DNA of 11,055 bases from Candidatus Eiseniibacteriota bacterium (GTDB lineage Bacteria; Eisenbacteria; RBG-16-71-46). The stretch is from NCBI GenBank assembly GCA_041483195.1, contig JBGPFC010000063.1:1-11055 (forward strand). Reading direction: 5' to 3'. The notes beneath the pieces are model-generated. The model was not told the DNA's origin, did no database searches, and saw nothing but the letters and a program-made list of their open reading frames with translations. Shown piece by piece: positions 7,662 through 11,055 of the stretch. A program made the position numbers and the translations under genes. Numbering within the stretch: the stretch's first letter is position 1; every line of letters starts with the position of its first letter.

Positions 7662-8245
7662 TCCTCGCCTCCCTCCGCGGCCGGACTGCTCGCCCGCTCC
7701 GCGACGATCCACGGCAGCGGCACCTCGCCGAACGCGATCCTCGATTCCTGAGCGTGGGGGTTGCAGAGCAGCCCGTGCCGCCGATCGCGCACGACCGCGA
7801 GCTCCCGGATCGCGTCGGCCGGGTCCGATCCGCCGGCGAAGCGCGGCGCCCAGGCCACGCCCTCGCGTACTTCGATCTTGCGCCCGGTCTCGTGCAGCCA
7901 CCAGCGCTCGGCGGCGGGGCGGCGTTCCCCTCCGCGATCCCATACCAGCACCGCGCTCTCGCCCTTCGCGAGTGGCGGGAGGTCTTCGATCCGGAGGCGC
8001 AACGTGCAGCGCTCCTTGTGCGGATTGTAGAACTGGGTCGAGCGATGGAGCAGGTCCTCGATCGTGGCGCGGGCCGGGAGCGCCCCCGCGAGCTCGAACA
8101 CGCGGAAGCGTCGCAGCGATTCGAGCCCGCGCGCGGTCACGAGCCGCGCCACCGCGACCGCCAGCGCCGACGTGGCCTCCGGGTCTTCCGACCGGAGTTC
8201 GATCCAGGCCTGTACCCGCCGGGCCGCCGCTCGCATGCGAGCCAT
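7658..8245 (-). CDS. Hypothetical 195-aa protein, probable tandem (two-domain) PurS-like FGAM synthetase subunit
   Basis: Fills the purQ-purF gap exactly, overlapping both neighbours (TGATG with purQ, ATGA with purF); SD GAGGAGG upstream. Contains two NPH motifs 88 codons apart (FYNPHKE and LLCNPHAQE), resembling the PurS C-terminal LLxNPxxE, and WIELRSEDPEA resembling the PurS N-terminal strand-plus-DP motif. The coding call is stronger than the functional call. Confidence 0.7.
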   Translation of the reverse strand: MARMRAAARRVQAWIELRSEDPEATSALAVAVARLVTARGLESLRRFRVFELAGALPARATIEDLLHRSTQFYNPHKERCTLRLRIEDLPPLAKGESAVLVWDRGGERRPAAERWWLHETGRKIEVREGVAWAPRFAGGSDPADAIRELAVVRDRRHGLLCNPHAQESRIAFGEVPLPWIVAERASSPAAEGGEE

Positions 8246-9072
8246 CACGCCTCCTCGAGGTGGCGGCGCAACCCCAGGAACACCGCGAGACCGGGACCCG
8301 CCGCGCCGTCGCCGTTGCCGCCGGCCCGCGCGGATTCCGCGGCCCGTGCGCGTCGTTCGCCCCAGACTCCGCCCACCGTCCGCGCGAGCGCCGCGACGTC
8401 CAGCGCACGCTCCGGGTGCGGCATCATCGCCAGCACGTTTCCGCGTGCGTTGCACACCGCGGCCACCGCGGCCTCCGAGCCGTTGGGGTTCTCGGGAAAC
8501 CCGCGCGCGAGCGTTCCGCGCGTGGTCGCGTATCGCAACGGCGCCTGTCCGGCCCGGGCCAGCGCGAGCACACGCCCGCCTTCGCGCGACGTGAAGCGCC
8601 CCTCGCCGTGCGCGACCGGGAGCGGCAGCGTGGTGCCGGGCTCGAGCGTCCGCGTGAACACGCATGACGACGCCTCGATCCGCACGACGATCCAGCGCGC
8701 GAAGTAGCCGCCGCGCGCGGTCATGCGGTTGCGCGCGAGCGCGAGATCGACTCCCCCGCCACCGGGCACGAGGCCGGCCTCGACCAGCACCTGCGCTCCG
8801 TTGCAGATCCCGAGCACCGGCTTTCCGCGCTCCGCCTCGCCCGCGAGCGCCTCGAGCAGCGGGTCCTTCGCGGCCAGCGCGCCCGCTCGAACCCGGTCCT
8901 GATAGGAGAACCCACCCGGCAGGACGTAGGCCGCGTAGTCGCGGAGCTCGTCCGGCCGGCGCGTCCAGCGGAACACCTCGCCATCGAGGCCGGCGCGGGC
9001 CAGCGCGCGAACGCTCTCCGCCTCGCAGTTGACGCCCGGAAATTGCAGCACCGCCACCCGCGCCGCGCTCAC
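8245..9072 (-). CDS. purQ: Phosphoribosylformylglycinamidine synthase subunit PurQ (class I glutamine amidotransferase), 275 aa
   Basis: VAVLQFPGVNCE, LPGGFSYQD, nucleophile elbow LGICNGAQVL, VAHGEGRF, NPNGS, catalytic MMPHPER (His-x-Glu). GTG start at 9072 overlaps the purL stop (GTGA); SD GAGGAG. Confidence 0.95.
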   Translation of the reverse strand: MSAARVAVLQFPGVNCEAESVRALARAGLDGEVFRWTRRPDELRDYAAYVLPGGFSYQDRVRAGALAAKDPLLEALAGEAERGKPVLGICNGAQVLVEAGLVPGGGGVDLALARNRMTARGGYFARWIVVRIEASSCVFTRTLEPGTTLPLPVAHGEGRFTSREGGRVLALARAGQAPLRYATTRGTLARGFPENPNGSEAAVAAVCNARGNVLAMMPHPERALDVAALARTVGGVWGERRARAAESARAGGNGDGAAGPGLAVFLGLRRHLEEA

Positions 9073-11055
9073 GCCAGCTCCTCGTTCCAGAGCTGGCGCA
9101 GTGGCGCGCCCGCCGCCTCGCGCAGCTCGTCCGCCGCCCACACCACGACCCCGCTTCCAGGAATGCGCGCCCGGAACAGGGGCTGATCGCTCACCGTGCC
9201 GATCGGCCACGCGAGCAGGGAACGCTCGCGCGCCGCCTGAAACAGGCGGGCCGCGCGCACCGGGCTCACCTCGAAGACGATTCCCGGCCGCTCGCTGAAC
9301 AGCGCGAGCGCCGCCTCGGCCTCGAGCGCGCCGAAGTCCACTTCGATTCCCAGCGCGCGGTCGGCCGGCACCGCCATCATCATCTCGGCGAGGGCGACCG
9401 CGAGCCCGCCGTCGCTCACGTCGTGGGCGGCGCGCACCCAGCGGCCTTCCGCCGCCAGTACCGCGAGTTCCTGCAGGCGCGCCTCGCGCGCGAGATCGAG
9501 CGAAGGCGGCGCGCCTGCGCGCTCGCCGAGCACCTCGCGCACGTAAGCCGACCCGGTGATCTCGTCGCGGGGCTCGCCCACGAGCACCAGAAAATCGCCG
9601 GCGGCCTGGAGTGCGAGACCGGTCGCGGTGTCCAGATCGCGAAGCACGCCAGCACACAGCACGATCGGGGAGGCCGGGATCGCACGCTCCCCGGTCTGAT
9701 TGTAGAGGCTCACGTTGCCGCTCACGAACGGCAGCGGTGCACCTCCGCCCGCCAGTCCGCCCAGGCCCTCGGCCGCCACCGCGAGTCCCTCGATGGTCGC
9801 TTCGAGATCGCCCATCACCTCGGCATCGTTGGGATCCCCGAAATTGAGGCAGTCGGTGAGGGCCCATGGCCGCGCGCCGACGCACGCCACGTTGCGCGTC
9901 GCTTCGGCCACCGCGTGGCGCGCGCCCCGCTCCGGGTCGCCCGCGCACCACCACGGATTTCCGCCGACCGCCAGCGCCACGCCCAAGGCGTGGCGCGGAT
10001 CGGGGCGGATCACGCTCGCGTCGCCCTCGCCCGGACGCAACCAGGTGCGCGCCTGCACCTCGCTGTCGTAGTGGCGGTAGAGATATTCCCGAGAGCAGAG
10101 GTGGAATCCACGCAGCAGCGCGAGCAGCGCCGCGTGCGCGTCCGGCTCGTGCCGCCGCAGCGCGAACGGCGCCGCCGGCGCGCGCCGCCGCGCGACCCGC
10201 TGGATCCGACGTCCGGTGGTGATCGCGTCCACCGCGCAATCGGCCACGATCTCTCCATTCCACGTGACGCGATAGCGTGGCTCATCGAGCACCCGGCCGA
10301 TGACGCTCGCGCCAGCTCCGGGATGGATCGTGCCGAGCGCGAAATCCACGTTGTAGATCGCGCACAACTCGGCGGCGAAACTCTCGGGCACCACCCAGCA
10401 GTAGCGCTCCTGCGTTTCAGCGCACAGCAGCACTTCAGGCGGCAGCGGCTGGCTCGCCCGGTGCACGCGATCGAGTTCGATCGCGGCCCCTCGCCCGCCG
10501 GCCGCGGCCAGCTCGCTGGTCGCGCAGGCCACGCCCCCCGCGCCCAGGTCCTTGAAGCCGGCGGCGATCCCACGCGCACGCACGCGCGCGAACGCCTCGG
10601 CGTTCGCGACGTGCAGCACGCGCTTCAGGAAAGGGTCGGGCAGCTGGACCGCGCCGCGCTGGTCCTCCGCCCCGAGCACGCCCGATGCGAATGCCGCGCC
10701 GCCGAAGCCGCTCGCGTCGGTCGGCTTTCCGATCAGCACGAACACCCAGGGCCCCGGCCCGTCGGGGACGCGGCTGCGCAGCACGCCATCGCGCGGGACG
10801 ATGCCGACCGCCATCACGTTGACCAGGCAATTGGCGTCGAAGCCCGCGTCGAAGACCAGGTCGCCGCCGAGATTCGGCACCCCGAGCGCGTTCCCGTACT
10901 CCGCGATGCCCTGAACCACGCCGCGCGCCACATCGCGCGCGTGCACGCCTCCGCGCGGCTCGCCGAAGCGCAGCGCGTCGAGAACTCCCACGACCTCGGC
11001 GCCCATGCAGCCGACGTCCCGCACGATGCCGCCGACGCCGGTGGCAGCGCCCTCC
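9069..11055 (-). CDS. purL: Phosphoribosylformylglycinamidine synthase subunit PurL (small-PurL type; 5' end lies beyond the right edge of the window)
   Basis: Frame open to the window edge: EGAATGVGGIVRDVGCMGA, LDALRFG, GIAEYGNALGVPNLGG, DLGAGG, ETQER, LTDCLNFGDP, SGNVSLYN, AHDVSDGGLAVALAEM, LFSE. Ends without a fused glutaminase domain, and PurQ is a separate gene. Confidence 0.96.
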   Translation of the reverse strand, partial: EGAATGVGGIVRDVGCMGAEVVGVLDALRFGEPRGGVHARDVARGVVQGIAEYGNALGVPNLGGDLVFDAGFDANCLVNVMAVGIVPRDGVLRSRVPDGPGPWVFVLIGKPTDASGFGGAAFASGVLGAEDQRGAVQLPDPFLKRVLHVANAEAFARVRARGIAAGFKDLGAGGVACATSELAAAGGRGAAIELDRVHRASQPLPPEVLLCAETQERYCWVVPESFAAELCAIYNVDFALGTIHPGAGASVIGRVLDEPRYRVTWNGEIVADCAVDAITTGRRIQRVARRRAPAAPFALRRHEPDAHAALLALLRGFHLCSREYLYRHYDSEVQARTWLRPGEGDASVIRPDPRHALGVALAVGGNPWWCAGDPERGARHAVAEATRNVACVGARPWALTDCLNFGDPNDAEVMGDLEATIEGLAVAAEGLGGLAGGGAPLPFVSGNVSLYNQTGERAIPASPIVLCAGVLRDLDTATGLALQAAGDFLVLVGEPRDEITGSAYVREVLGERAGAPPSLDLAREARLQELAVLAAEGRWVRAAHDVSDGGLAVALAEMMMAVPADRALGIEVDFGALEAEAALALFSERPGIVFEVSPVRAARLFQAARERSLLAWPIGTVSDQPLFRARIPGSGVVVWAADELREAAGAPLRQLWNEELA

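Overview
High-GC (roughly 70% by eye) bacterial core-genome region in which all ten credible genes lie on the minus strand. In transcription order: purL (small PurL, 5' end outside the window), purQ, an unannotated 195-aa protein that looks like a single-chain tandem PurS-PurS, purF (propeptide and [4Fe-4S] type), then a near-consensus sigma70 promoter, lysS (class II), one LolC/E-type permease, lolD, mcsA, mcsB (protein arginine kinase) and clpC (3' end outside the window). Most interesting: (i) an FGAM synthetase variant with reversed gene order (purL-purQ-'purS2'), non-standard PurL/PurQ motifs and a probable fused PurS dimer; (ii) an intact McsA/McsB/ClpC phosphoarginine proteolysis module with no adjacent ctsR, in a probable diderm, directly behind lipoprotein-sorting genes; (iii) a candidate promoter for that module embedded in the 3' end of lolD. 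No mobile elements, CRISPR arrays or RNA genes were recognised. All assignments come from motif recognition by eye; no database searches were run.
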